From: Malacoraja senta
Taxonomy: Eukaryota
Assembly: GCA_038087875.1 (NCBI GenBank)
Contig: CM075995.1
Location: forward strand, 7,814,001 to 7,878,000
Reading direction: 5' to 3'
DNA length: 64,000 bases
Each line of letters opens with the position of its first letter. Positions within the stretch are counted from its first letter, which is position 1. The position numbers were made by a program, and so were the translations under genes. The notes under the pieces were generated by a model. It did no database searches. It saw only the letters and a program-made list of their open reading frames with translations, and was not told the origin of the DNA. This document shows, one piece after another, positions 49,701 through 62,070 of this stretch.

Positions 49701-51198
49701 ACTATAGGGATCAGTGGGAGAACCCTCGCTGTTATCTCTACTAAAGGTCTGCATATGAATTTAAGTACTATGATTACTATGTTCCCAGATGACATAAAAA
49801 TGGGAGATGGTGTTCATACTGTGGCTTCAGCCACTGATTCATATTGATGAGTTTAGACTTTAGAGATACGGTGTGGAAACAGGCCATTCGCCCCATCAAG
49901 TCCATGCCGACCTGCGATCGATCACCCCTTACATTAACACTATCCTACACACTAGGGACAATTTACAGAAGCCAATTAACCTACAAACCTGTACGTCTTT
50001 GGAATGTGGGAGGAAACCGGAGCACCCGTGTGATCACAGGGAGAACGTACAAACTCCGCACAGACAGCATCCGAAGTCAGGATCGAAGCCGGGTCTCTGG
50101 CGCTGTGGGGCAGCAACTCTACCGCTGTGTGAAACATGACTTCTTAGAATGGAAGGAAGCAGTATCTTCGTTGCCTGAAATTTATACACAGGTATAACTG
50201 CTAATAAATGAGCAGCATACAGCAATTAATGTCATAAAAGGCAGCAACGCTACCGCTGCACCAATGTGCCACTGTTGGTAAAATGGGCACAGCAGTGCAG
50301 ATGGAATTTAATTCTGAAAAAAAGAGTGTGATTCATTTTTCAGAGGATTCATTAGGCTTGCAGAAACACAAAGGACGATACATGTCCAAGGATCTCTTAA
50401 GGCAGTGGCAGGTAGCTAGTATTCCCTTTATCATGTACTGCATCTATACACAGTGGACGAATCATAGATACATAGAAAATAGGCGCAGAAGTAGGCCATT
50501 TGGCCCCTTCGAGCCAGCACTGCCTTTCAATATGATCGTGGCTGATCATCCTGAATCAGTACCCCGTTCCTGCTTTTTCCCCATATCCCTTGTTTCCGAC
50601 AGCCCTAAGAGCTAAATCTAACTCTCTCTTGAAATTATCCAGTGAATCGGGCTCCACTGCCTTCTGTGGCAGAGAATTCCACAGATTCACAACTTTCTGC
50701 GTGAAAATGTTTTCCCTCATCTCAGTCCTAAATGGCCTACCCCTTACTCTTAAATTGTGTGACCCCTGGTTCTGGACTCCCCCAACATCGGGAAATAATT
50801 TCCTGCATGGAGCCTGTTCAATCCCTTAAAAATTTGATATGTTTATATAATATATCCTCTCATCCTTCTAGATTCCAGTGACTACAAGCCTAGTCGATCC
50901 ATTCTTTCATCATATGTACATCTTAGGCTCAATTGTAATCGATTGTAAATGTTGTCTTTCCGTTGACAGGTTAGCACGCGACAAAAGCTTTTCACTGTAC
51001 CTCCGCACACATGTCAATGAAAACTAAACTGAAACTAAATATTATTGAGTTTAGTTTATTGTCACGTGCAGCGATATACGGTGAAAAGCTTTTGTTGCTT
51101 GCTATCCAGTCGGCGGAGAGACAAGGTCACTGCTGCTGTACTGTGGGCAGTTCCAGTCACTACATTCTGAAAATTATTTGATTATACTGGAAGGGCTG

Positions 51199-51415
51199 CA
51201 AAGGAGATTCATCCGAAAATTGTGTAGGAAGGAACTGCAGATGCTGGTTTAAACCGAAGATAGGCACAAAATGCTGGTGTAACTCGGTGGGACAGGCAGC
51301 ATCTCTGGAGCGAAGGAATTCCTTCCCTGAGTTACTCCAGCATTTTGTGCCTATCTTCGGTTTAAACCAGCATCTGCAGTTCCTTCCTGCACAATTTCCG
51401 GATGAATCTCCTTTG
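51199..51415. repeat. Foldback with 87-bp arms (Penelope terminus plus extra flank)
   Basis: 51199-51285 and 51329-51415 are reverse complements with 3 mismatches by eye. Confidence 0.9.
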
Positions 51416-51992
51416 TACTTCCTGCGGCAGCTGAGGAAGCACAATCTCCCACAGGCAATGATGGAGCAATTCTACACGGCCATCGTAGAGTCTGTTCTCA
51501 CCTTCTCCATCATGGTCTGGTATGGCTCAGCCACCAAGCACGACATCCGGAGGCTGCAGCGAATCGGCCGATCAGCTGAGAAGGTTATTGGCTGCAACCT
51601 TCCCTCCATTGATGAACTGTACACTGCAAGGGCCAGGAAGCGAGAGGGCAAGATCATCTCTGACCTCTCTCATCCTGGCCACAAACTCTTTGAATCACTT
51701 CCCTCTGGAAGGCGACTCCGGACTGTCAAAGCTGCCACAGCCAGACATAAAACCAGCTTTTTTCCACGAGTAATAGCTCTACTCAATAACCAAAAATCTG
51801 TAGCCTCCTTTTGCTCTGGTGTTTTATGTAATTCACATGTTTAATCGATAATGTTTTATTATTAATGTTTAATGTTTTATGTGTCATTCCTAACTGTCAC
51901 TGTATGTCATGTTGTCACTTGCGGGCGGAGCACCAAGGCAAATTCCTTGTATGTGAATACTTGGCCAATAAACTTTTTCATTCATTGATTCA
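51413..51992 (+). mobile_element. Rex1/Babar-type LINE 3' fragment
   Basis: LYFLRQLRK...FYTAIVESVLTFSIMVWYG...LPSGRRLR...SFFPRVIALLN, followed by 3' UTR with aataaa and (tcat)n. Confidence 0.85.
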
Positions 51993-52400
51993 TTTTGTGT
52001 CTATCTTCATCAGAAAAATGTCTGGTTGGAGCATTTACAAGGAAAGATTGGATAGGCTGGGTTTGTGTCTCTTGAGGTGAGGTTTAAAAAAAAATGTAGT
52101 GCACATAGATAGGGTAAATAATAATACTTTACCCCCAAGTATATAACCAGGGTGTATAACCAAAGTGCTGGAGTAACTCTGAGAGTCAGGCAGCATCGCT
52201 GGAGAACATGGATAGGTGACGTTTCGGGTTGGGTAGTTCAAGAAAGCCACCAATAGAAATATACTGTGTAGGAAGGAACTGCAGATGCTGGTTTAAACCG
52301 AAGATAGACACAAAATGCTGGAGTAACTCAGCAGGACAGGCAGCGGCTATGGAGAGAAGGAATGGGTGACGTTTTGGGTCGAGACCCTTCTTCTACTCAC

Positions 52401-52472
52401 AGCTATTTTCTCCATTATTGCAGCTTTTCCCTGGAAAGGTTGTCCTTCCCATGTTAAGCACGAACAGTCGCT
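52401..52472 (-). CDS. nutf2l: Nuclear transport factor 2-like, coding exon 2 (SDCSCLTWEGQPFQGKAAIMEKIA)
   Basis: tttttccacttccag| acceptor, GCT|gtgagt donor, 72 nt, phase 0/0; NTF2 motif SCLTWEGQ.FQGKAAI.EK. Confidence 0.95.
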
Positions 52473-52597
52473 CTGGAAGTGGAAAAATTATCGCAAATTT
52501 AAGCGGATGTTTAAAGTCTTCAGACAGAAAAATCACCAGGCACACCAAGTTTGTTGTAACAGCATCTCTTACGCTTTCAAGTGCGAGAAATCGGATA

Positions 52598-53530
52598 GAG
52601 TCATAGGGCGATACCATGGGGAAACAGGCCCTTCGGCCCAACTTGCCCACGCCGATCAACATAGAAACATAGAAAAATAGGTGCAGGAGTAGGTCATTCG
52701 GCCCTTCGAGCCAGCACCGCCATTCAATGTGATCTTGGCTGATCATCCAAAATCACTACCCAGGTCCTACTTTTTCCCCCATATCCCATGATTCCTTTCG
52801 CCTTAAGAGCTAAATCTAACTCTCTCTTGAAAACATCCAGTGAATTGGCCTCCACTGCCTTCTGTGGCAGAGAATTCCACAGATTCACAACTCTCTGGGT
52901 GAAGAAATTTTTCCTAATTTCAGTCCTAAATGGCTTACCCCTTATTCTTAAACTGTGACCCCTGGTTCCGGACTCCCCCAACATCGGGAACATTTTTCCT
53001 GCATCTAGCCTAATAGGAGCAGAATTAGGCCATTCGGCCCATCAAGTCTACTCCGCCATTCAATCGTGGCTGATCTATCTCTCCCTCTTCACCCCAATCT
53101 CCTGCCTTTCCATAACCCCAGACACCCGTACTAATCAAGAATCTATCTCTGCTGTAAAAATATCCATTGACTTGGCCTCCACAGCCTTCTGTGGCAATGA
53201 ATTCCCCAGATTCACCACCCTCTGACCAAAGAAATTCCTCCTCATCCCCTTCCTAACGGAACGTCCTTTAATTCTGAGGCTGTGACCTCTGGTCTTGGCT
53301 TCTCCCACTAGTGGAAACATCCTCTCCACATCCACTCTATCCAGGCCTTTTACAACTCGGTAAGTTTCAATGAGGTTCCCCCTCATCCTTCTAAACTCCA
53401 GCGAGTACAGGCCCAGTGCTGTCAAACGCTCATCATATATGAACCCAACTCATACCTGGGATCATTCTCGGAAACCCCCTCTCCAGCGCCAGCACATCCT
53501 TCCTCAGATATGGGGCCCAAAATTGTTCAC
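52598..53530 (-). mobile_element. Three tandem CR1 3' fragments filling a nutf2-like intron
   Basis: Successive CR1 tails at about 52598, 52660 and 53012. Confidence 0.85.
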
Positions 53531-53568
53531 CGTACACCAGTTACAACTGCAAAACTGTGCAGACTTAC

Positions 53569-53667
53569 ATATAGAGTGCCGAGCTGAGTTCGGTCTCGAT
53601 CAAACTGTTGATAATAGTGCTGCACAAAACCTCTGCCGATCTGGTCCCACAATGGTTGTTGAGCCAT
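53569..53667 (-). CDS. nutf2l: Nuclear transport factor 2-like, first coding exon ([33 protein letters not shown])
   Basis: AAA ATG G Kozak context at 53667; donor TAT|gtaagt; upstream acceptor ttacag| gives exon start 53696 (29 nt of 5' UTR). The four exons total 384 nt = 127 aa, the canonical NTF2 length. Confidence 0.95.
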
Positions 53668-53781
53668 TTTGCTATCCAATAGTGAAAGAAACCGTCCTGT
53701 AACAGAGGTGTTAAAGTATAATTATGTTTTCAACAATTCATTCGGGACATTTCTGCTTCCTCTCCTTCGAGCCAATCAATT

Positions 53782-55897
53782 ATAGAAAACATAGAAAAGT
53801 GGTGCAGGAGTAGGCCATTCGGCCCTTCGAGCCTGCACCGCCTAGGTGTAATTTTCATAAGATCATAAGTGATAGGAGCAGAATTAGGCCATTCGGCCCA
53901 TCATGTCTACTCCGCCATTCAATCATGGCTGATCTATCTTTCCCCATTAACCCCATTCTCCTGCCTTCTCCCCATAACCTCTGACACCCGTACGAATCAG
54001 GAATTGATAAATCTTCCTCCCTTCCACTCCCCTCCCCTCATGGTTCTCGATTCCCCTACTCTGGGTAAGAGACCCTGTGCGTTTACCCGATCTACTCCTG
54101 TCATGTGGTCTTGGGCTATTCAGGCTTGTTGTCATGCAGTCTTCTCCGATGGTCGCCACCTTGTGGCGGAGGAGAAGCTTGCGTGTGTCCTCAAATCTGA
54201 GGGCTGATTAGTCTGGAACAATGAGGCACTGGTCAGGCCGCATTTGGGATATTGCGAGCAATTTTGGGCACCATATCTGAGGAAGGATGTGCTGGCGCTG
54301 GAGAGGGTCCAGAGGAGGCTTACAAGAATTATCCCAGGACAATAGACAATAGGTGCAGGAGTAGGCCATTCGGCCCCTCGAGCCAGCACCGCCATTTAAT
54401 GTGATCATGGCTGATCATCCCCAATCAGTACCCCGTTCCTGCCATCTCCACATATCCCCTGACTCTGCTATCTTTAAGAGCCCTATCTAGCTCTCTCTTG
54501 AAAGTATCCAGGGAACCGGCCTCCACCGCCCTCCGAGGCAGAGAATTCCACAGACTTACAACCCTCTGTGTGAAAAAGGAATGAGTGGGTTAACATATGA
54601 TGAGCATTTGTCGGCACTAGGCCTGTACTTGCTGGAGTTTAGAAGAATGAGGGGGGACCTCATTGAAACGTTCCGAATAGTGAAAAGCTTGGATACAGTG
54701 GATATGGAGAGGATGTTTCCACTAGTAGAAGTGTCTTGGACCAGAGGGCGCAGCCTCGGAATTAAAGGATGTTCTTTTGGGAAGGAGATGAGGAGGAATT
54801 TCTTTCATCAGAGGGTGGTGAATCTGTGGAATTCTTTGCCATAGAAGGCTGTGGAGGCCAAGTCAGTGGATATATTTAAGGCAGAGATAGATTAGTACAG
54901 GTGTCAGAGGTTATGGGGAGAAGGCAGGAGAATGGGGTTTAGTTTAGTTTAGAGAAACAGGCCCCTCGGCCCACCGAGTCCGCACCGACCAGCGATCCCC
55001 GCACATTAACACTACCCTACACACCCTAGGGACATTTTTTAAAATATTTACACCAGGCCAATTAACCTATAAACCTGTACGTCTTTGGAGTGTGGGAGGT
55101 AATCGAAGATCTCTGAGAAAACCCACACAGGTCACGGGTAGAACGTACAAACTCCGCACCCGTAGTCAGGATGGAACCTGGGTCTCTGGCGCTGTAAGGC
55201 AGTAGCTCTGCCGGTTAAGAAGGAAAGATAGATCAACTGCGACTGAATAGCGGGGTAGACTAGATGGGCCGAATGGCCTAATTCTACTCCTAGACCCTAT
55301 GAACATGAGCAGACAGAGGGTGGTGGTTGTGCAGTGGATGGGGCTGCAGCAGGGAGATACTCCTTACCATCATGGAGTCCATGCCACTGGACCTATGTCT
55401 GTCTTGGCCAAAGACCAAGTGGACCAACCTCCTCACGTTAAAATGTCACGTGCAGACGTCCACCTGGAGGGACATACCACCCGCACAACCCGCACATCAA
55501 AGAGCGGTGGTAACCAGCAATTAGTGACGGGAGGAGCATACTGATCGTCTGGCCACTCTCAGCCATGACGTGGGTGCCATGGGCACCGCCAGTCATGGGC
55601 AGCACGGTGGCGCAGCAGTAGAGTTGCTGCCTCACAGCGCCAGAGAGCCGGGTTCAATGCTGACTGCGGGTGCTTGTCTGTTTGTACGTTCTCCCCGTGA
55701 CCTGCGCGGGTTTTCACTGGGGGCTCTGGTTTCCTCCCGCACTCCAAAGACGTACCGGTTTGTTGCTTAATTGGCTTTGGTAAAAATGATAAATTGTCTC
55801 TCGTGTGTAGGATAGTGTTAGTGTACGGGGGTCGCTGGTCAGTGAGGACTCCGTGGGCTGAAGGGCCTGTTTCCGCCTATCTAAACTAATCTAAATC
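53782..55897. mobile_element. Nested cluster of CR1 fragments and HE1-like SINEs (54938-55212 -, 55597-55897 +)
   Basis: Family motifs as above; small unassigned segments at about 54100-54215 and 55305-55590. Confidence 0.75.
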
Positions 55898-55920
55898 TCA
55901 CATCACATTGATCATCATCC

Positions 55921-56926
55921 ACTCAGTATAGATTGTCTTTGGGAAGCTACTGTCATCTGACTGGAAGCTAGCCATTCCCAGAATGAGTTTAGAAGTCCTC
56001 ACCGAGCAATTTATTTCATGTTAGCTGTTGTATGAAAGCAAACTAGGATACTGCCATTAAGAATAACATTGATTTTTTTCTAAAGGAATTCATCGAGTCA
56101 TACGGCGTGGAAACAGGCCCTTCGGCCCAACTTGCCCACACCGACCAACATGTCCCTGCTACACTAGTCCCACCTACTGCATTTGGCCCATATCCCTCTA
56201 AACCTTTCCTATCCATGTACCTGTCTAACTGTTTCTTAAACATTAGGATAGTCCCAGCCTCAACTACCTCCTCCAGCAGCTCTTTCCATACATCCAACAT
56301 CCTTTGTGTAAAAAAGTTACCCCTCAGGCTCCTATTTAATCTGTCCCCCCCCTCGCCTTAAACCTATGTCCTCTGGTTCTCGATTCCCCTCCTCTGGGCA
56401 AGAGACTCTGTGCGTTTACAAAATCTATTCCTCTCGTGATTTTGAACAACTCGAAAAGATCATCCCATCATCCTCCTGTGCTCCAAGGACTAGAGTCCTC
56501 GCCTGCTCAACCTCTCCCTGTAGCTCAGGCCCTCAAGTCCTGGCAACATCCTCGTAAATCTTCTCCGCACCCTTTCCAGTTTGACAACATCTTTCCTATA
56601 ACATGGTGTCCAGAAATGAACACAATATTCTAAATGTCTTGCAATATTCTAAATACCATGCAAAAAGCCTTTTTGACCACCCCTGTGACACCACTTTCAA
56701 GGAACTATGTACCTGCACTCATAGATCCCTCTGCTCTACAACACTTCTCGGAGTCCTACGATTCACTGTGTAGGTCCTGCCCATGTTGGACTTAATTCAG
56801 TAAAGATTATCTCTGGGAAACTATCAGTATCTGTCTGGAAGACAGAACTCCCATAATGAGTTTAGTAGACTTTTACATGGCAATATATTTTGTGCCTGCT
56901 GTTGTAAAAAAGCAAACCGGGACACT
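55921..56926. repeat. Diverged 132-bp direct duplication (55921-56052 and 56795-56926) separated by a CR1 fragment (56090-56792, -)
   Basis: Colinear shared blocks: tcagta.agatt.tct.tgggaa.cta, atctg.ctggaag, tccca.aatgagtttag, gcaat.tattt, gctgttgta..aaagcaaac..gga.act. Confidence 0.85.
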
Positions 56927-57034
56927 TTACTGACTTTATATTGCACTAAACGTTATTCGTGTTATTTTGTGCAGAAGATAGACACAAAGGGCCGAATGGC
57001 CTCCTCCTGTACCTATTTTCTGTTTCTATCTTTC

Positions 57035-57420
57035 TAAAATGCTGGAGTAACCCCAGCGGGACAGACAGCATCTCTGGATAGAAGGAATGGGTGATGTTTT
57101 GGGTCGAGAACCTTCTTTGGACTGAAGTCAGGAGAGCGGGGGATCAGAGATAAGGAAGTGTGAGGTGTGGAAACGAAACAAAGGGGTAGTTCAAGGAAAA
57201 TGTTGAATAGATCGTTGCTAGTTGGGAGAAGGTAACAACAACAAAGCAAAGAGATAAAATGTAATCGGAGACAGTCAGACTGGTCGGAAAACTGGGAAGG
57301 GGTGGGGGGGATGGCGAGAGAGGGATAGCAAGGGGTGCTTGAAGTTAGAGAAGTCAATGTTCATATCGGTGCACAAGCGAAACATGAGGTGCTGTTCTGA
57401 GCACGAGGTGGAGCTGCTGC
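57035..57420 (-). mobile_element. Penelope-like element 3' fragment
   Basis: EQHLMFRL...MNIDFSNFK GIY-YIG end followed by the terminal repeat. Confidence 0.75.
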
Positions 57421-57689
57421 GCAAACACGTGGAGACTTTATGCTGTAAAATGTTACTCCAGCAGCAACTTTCAAACCAACTTTTGCTCCCAGCTGAGTGC
57501 AGCAGGGGGATGGTGCAAGGTTGCAAACTTGCAAGATCGGTGCAAGGGGACGGGTGGGGTCGGCAAGGCCCCCAGAGGGGAATGAGGAGAGGGATTACCC
57601 GGGACAGGTGTGGGGGTGGGGGTGGGGGCTGCTCTACTCCCCAGGCCGATGACTCACACCCACGGTGGGGCGGGTTAGGGGACCATAGC

Positions 57690-57930
57690 TGGCCGCTACC
57701 CCTCATCCACAGCCCACCCCCCGCTGCTGCAACACCGCGCCGCGCCGCGCCGCGCACACCCCTCCAGCACTCACCCGGAGCCCGCGCACAGGAGGCGCGC
57801 ACCCCCCACTGACGCGCGCCCCCGACACACACACACACACACACCCCGGGGAAAGCGCGTCCCCGACACACACACACACCCCGGGGAAAGCGCGCCCCCG
57901 CCCGCCTGCAGGTCCTGCAGCCTCATCGCT
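57690..57930 (-). promoter_or_regulatory. CpG island; candidate nutf2-like promoter and non-coding exon 1
   Basis: Dense CpG/CGCG; minus-strand donor CGG|gtgagt with exon edge at 57775; CRE half-site TGACG at 57810-57814; GC-box-like ccccgcccgcc near 57896-57906. Confidence 0.7.
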
Positions 57931-58589
57931 GGGATCACACACACAGTGTGCAGAATGCACATACTGAGCATCTGGAATAGACAGACATTATATACAGATA
58001 TATATTTAATTCTCCCTCTCTATATATATATATGCACACAAGAGAATATATATAGGTACACAAAAATGCTGGAGAAACTCAGCGGGTGCAGCAGCATCTA
58101 TGGAGCGAAGGAAATAGGTAACGTTTCGGGCCGAAACCCTTCTTCAGAGAAAATATATATATATGCACATATATATAGAGAGAGAGACCAACATGCACAT
58201 ATGCACGCACACACTAATTGACATTAACTGACACTAAGAAATTAATATTGAATTGTTAAACTTGCTATTCTGTTATACTGCTTACAGCTGCAAGAATTGT
58301 AGCAATCAATAAAGGGCTATCGGTCTATTGCGAGTATATGTACAGGGGCATATCTATCCATGCACTGTATACTTGTATTTATATTTATGCATTTTAAATA
58401 TGTATGTTATGTTTTATACTTTGGCAATATAACGATGTATTTTATCATGCCAATAACGTTTTTATTAAATTGAAATTGAAATTGAATTGAGAAAATTATA
58501 TATCTGTATATGAGGTAGACAAAAAATGCTGGAAAAAACTCAGCGGGTGAAGCAGCATCCTTGGAGAGGAGAAATATAATAGTATATAA

Positions 58590-58664
58590 TAGACTAGCTC
58601 CAGATTTTATAATATAAGCAAACATGTTATGTATCTGCATATAATGTCTGTCTAGCTCCAGATT

Positions 58665-58696
<32 letters not shown>

Positions 58697-58960
58697 CAAA
58701 TATATATTTAAAATCTGGAGCAAAATAAATTATATGTACATATATATTCTGAGCAAGGCAGAAATTTTATATATATATATACTTTGCAGCAAAACAGAAA
58801 ATTTGCATATATATATATATATACTCTTGAAGCAAGACAGAAATTATATATTCTGGAACAAGGCAAAAATGGTATTTATATATAATCTGGAGCAAAACAT
58901 TACACATAATATATATATATATATATATATATTTATAATTTGGAGCAATCAGAATTTTGT
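58590..58960. repeat. Degenerate AT-rich minisatellite
   Basis: Motif ~TCTGGAGCAA(G)RCAGAAAT recurs about 7 times on + and twice inverted, separated by (TA)n spacers. Confidence 0.75.
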
Positions 58961-59477
58961 TTTATACATCTATATGTGTAGCATATATATATATATAACT
59001 TGTTTTTGTATATGCATTATTATTCTTTTTTTATTTACTAAACCTCTGTTGATGTTTTCAAGAGAGATATAGCTCTTACAGCTAATGGAATCAAGGGATA
59101 CGGGGAGAAAGCAGGAACGGGGTACTGATTTTGTATTATCAGCCATGATCATATTGAATGGCGCTGCTGGCACGAAGGGCTGAATGGCCTACTCCTGCAT
59201 TATTTTCTATGTTGTTTATTGTACCATATTTACATATCCGCTGTGTTGCTGCAAGTAAGAATTTCATTGTTCCGTTTCGGCACAAAAGACAAGAAAATAC
59301 TCTTTAAAGTTTATTGAGAATAAAAAAACACATACAATCCAAAAACAGTGCAAATAAACTCTTCAGAATTCTCGGTGTCTATACATTGAGTGGTGTCATA
59401 CTCAGTGGTGTTTGTGCCTGTTGTTACACAAAACACACATGTGAAACAAGGCAGAAAGAGTAAGGAGCAAGATAGAG

Positions 59478-59795
59478 AGCTGCACAGTGGCATCGCAATA
59501 GAGGTGCTGCCTTACAGCGCCAGAGACCCAGGCTCGATCCTGACTATGGGTGCTGTCTGTACGGAGTTTGTACATTCTCCCCGTGACCTGCGTGGTTTTT
59601 CTCTGGGATCTTCGGTTTCCTTCCGCACTCCAAAGACGTACAGATTTGTAGGTAAATTGGCTTGGTGTAAATGTAAAATTGTCCCTAGTGTGTGCATGGT
59701 AGTGTTAATGTGCGGGGATCGCTGGTCGGTGCAGACTCGGTGGGCCGAAGGGACTGTTTCCACACTATCTCTAAACTGAACTAAACTAAAACTAA
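59478..59795 (+). mobile_element. HE1-like V-SINE
   Basis: Head, V-domain and (aaact)n tail. Confidence 0.85.
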
Positions 59796-59977
59796 GAAAG
59801 GAATTACTCCAGAACTTTGTCTTTTTTTTAAACCAACATCTGCAGATGCCGCCCAACACAGGCGACTATTTGCGTGCGACCCACAGAAGCAGATCTGCAA
59901 ACTCACATTACAATCGCTCCACACTCTTAAATCTAGTTTCCCACAGCAACACTTCCTACTTTAACTATGATCTTCTT

Positions 59978-62070
59978 AGAAACATAGAAAATAGGTGCTG
60001 GAGGAGGCCATTCGGCCCTTCGAGCCAGCACCACCATTCATTGTGATCATGGCTGATTGTCCCCAATCAATAACCCGTGCCTGCCTTCTCCCCATATCCC
60101 TTGATTCCACCAGCCCCTTGAGCTCTATCTAACTCTCTCTTAAATCCATCCAGTGATTTGGCCTCCACTGCCCTCTGTGGCAGGGAATTCCACAAATTCA
60201 CAACTCTCTGGGTGAAATTTTTTTTCTCACCTCAGTCTTAAATGGCCTCCCCTTTATTCTAAGACTGTGGCCCCTGGTTCTGGACTCGCCCAACATTGGG
60301 AACATTTTTCCTGCATCTAGCTTGTCCAGTCCTTTTATAATTTTAAATGTTTCTATAAGATCCCCCCTCATCCTTCTAAACTCCAGTGAATACAAGCCCA
60401 GTCTTTTCAATCTTTCCTCATATGACAGTCCCGCCATCCCAGGGATCAATCTCGTGAACCTACGCTGCACTGCCTCAATCACAAGGATGTCCTTCCTCAA
60501 ATTAGGAGACCAAAACTGTACACAATACTCCAGATGTGGTCTTACCAGAGCCCTATACAACTGCAGAAGAACCTCTCTACTCCTATACTGAAATCCTCTT
60601 GTTATGAAGGCCTACATTCCATTAGCTTTCTTCACTGCCTGCCGTACCTGCACGCCTTCTTAAACTCCTTTCAGATCTGTCCTTCCCAGCTGTTATCAGA
60701 TAACTGAATTAAAGATAGCGGAGTCAGGGGATATGGTGAGAAGGCAGGAACGGGGGTACTGATTGTGGATGATCAGCCATGATCACATTAAATGGCAGTG
60801 CTGGCTCGAGGGGGCCGAAAGGCCTACTCCCGCACCTATTGTCTATTGAATCATCCTACCGCAACCAGAGAGCAGTGCTGAACTACTATCTACCTCTTTG
60901 ATGTTCCTTTGGCTATCCTTGACCGGACTTTACCTTGCACTAAACGTTATTCCCTTATCATGTATCGGTACAATGTAAATGGATTGATTGTAATCATGTA
61001 TTGTCTTTCAGCTGACTGGTTAGCACGCAACAAAAGCTTTTCACTGTACCTCGGTAAACATGACAATAAACTAAACTGAACTGAACAGTTCATTGTGTTG
61101 ATTTGTGGATGTGGCATGGATGGCACTCAGATTGAACATTCTCCAAAGTCCAACGCGAGCTGTTTCATTATCAAAAGGAAATTATAATCACAACTGGGCC
61201 CAGTGGGCTCATTGGTCGATATCATTACTCTTCACCTCATAGAAACATAGACAATAAGTGCAAGAGTAGGCCATTCAGCCCTTCGAGCCAGCTGAATATG
61301 ATCATGGCTGATCACCCAAAATCAGTTCCCCGTTCCTGCTTTTTCCCCATATCCCACGATTCCGTTAGCCCTAAGAGCTCGATCTAACTCTCTCTTGAAA
61401 ACATCCAGTGAATTGGCCTCCACTGCATTCAGTGGCAGACAATTTCACAGATTCACAACTCTCTGGGTGAAGACGTTTTTCCTCATCTCAGTCCTAAATG
61501 TCCTTATTCTTAAACTCAGCGGGTGAGGCAGCATCTATGGAGAGAAGCTGCCTATTCCTTCTCTCCGTAGATGCTGCCTCACCCGCTGAGTTTCTCCAAC
61601 ATTTTTTGTCTACCCTCGATTTTTTCAACATCTGCAGTTCTCTCTTAAACACCTTACTCTTAAACTGTGTGACCCCTGGTTCTGGACATCCCCAACATGG
61701 GGAACATTTTTTCTGCATCTAGCCTGTCCTATCCTTTAAGAATGTTATGTTTCTATAAGATCCCCTCTCGTCACAAACGCTCATCATAGGTTAATCTACT
61801 AATTCCTGGGATCATTCTTGTAAACCTCCTCTGGACCCTCTCCAGAGCCAGCACAGCCTTCATCCAATATGGTGCCCAAAATTGCTCCAAATATTCCAAA
61901 TGCGGCCTGACCAGCGCCTTATAGAGCATCAGCGTTACATCCGTTTTTGTTCACAAGCCCTCTTGAAATAAATGCTGGCATTGCGTTTGCTTTCTTTACT
62001 ACCGATTCGACTCGCAGATTAACCTTTTGTGAGTCCTCCACCAGCACTCCCAAGTCCCTTTGCACCTCAT
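59978..62070. mobile_element. CR1 fragments (59978-60655 -, 60710-60848 +, 61240-62070 -), the last with a nested Penelope-terminus foldback
   Basis: 59978-60655 is very similar to 7153-7820. The nested foldback is flanked by cctta(t/c)tcttaaact at 61502-61516 and 61652-61666. Confidence 0.83.

Noticed and set aside
52393..52746. 117-aa ORF over the nutf2-like exon
   Set aside because: Wrong frame and mostly CR1 tail; the true exon is 52401-52472.
55921..56052. H/ACA snoRNA call for the duplicated element
   Set aside because: Size fits, but there is no ANANNA hinge on either strand and the terminal ACA is present in only one copy per strand.
58590..58960. CRISPR-like repeat-spacer array
   Set aside because: Vertebrate context, degenerate repeats, spacers are TA microsatellite, no cas genes.
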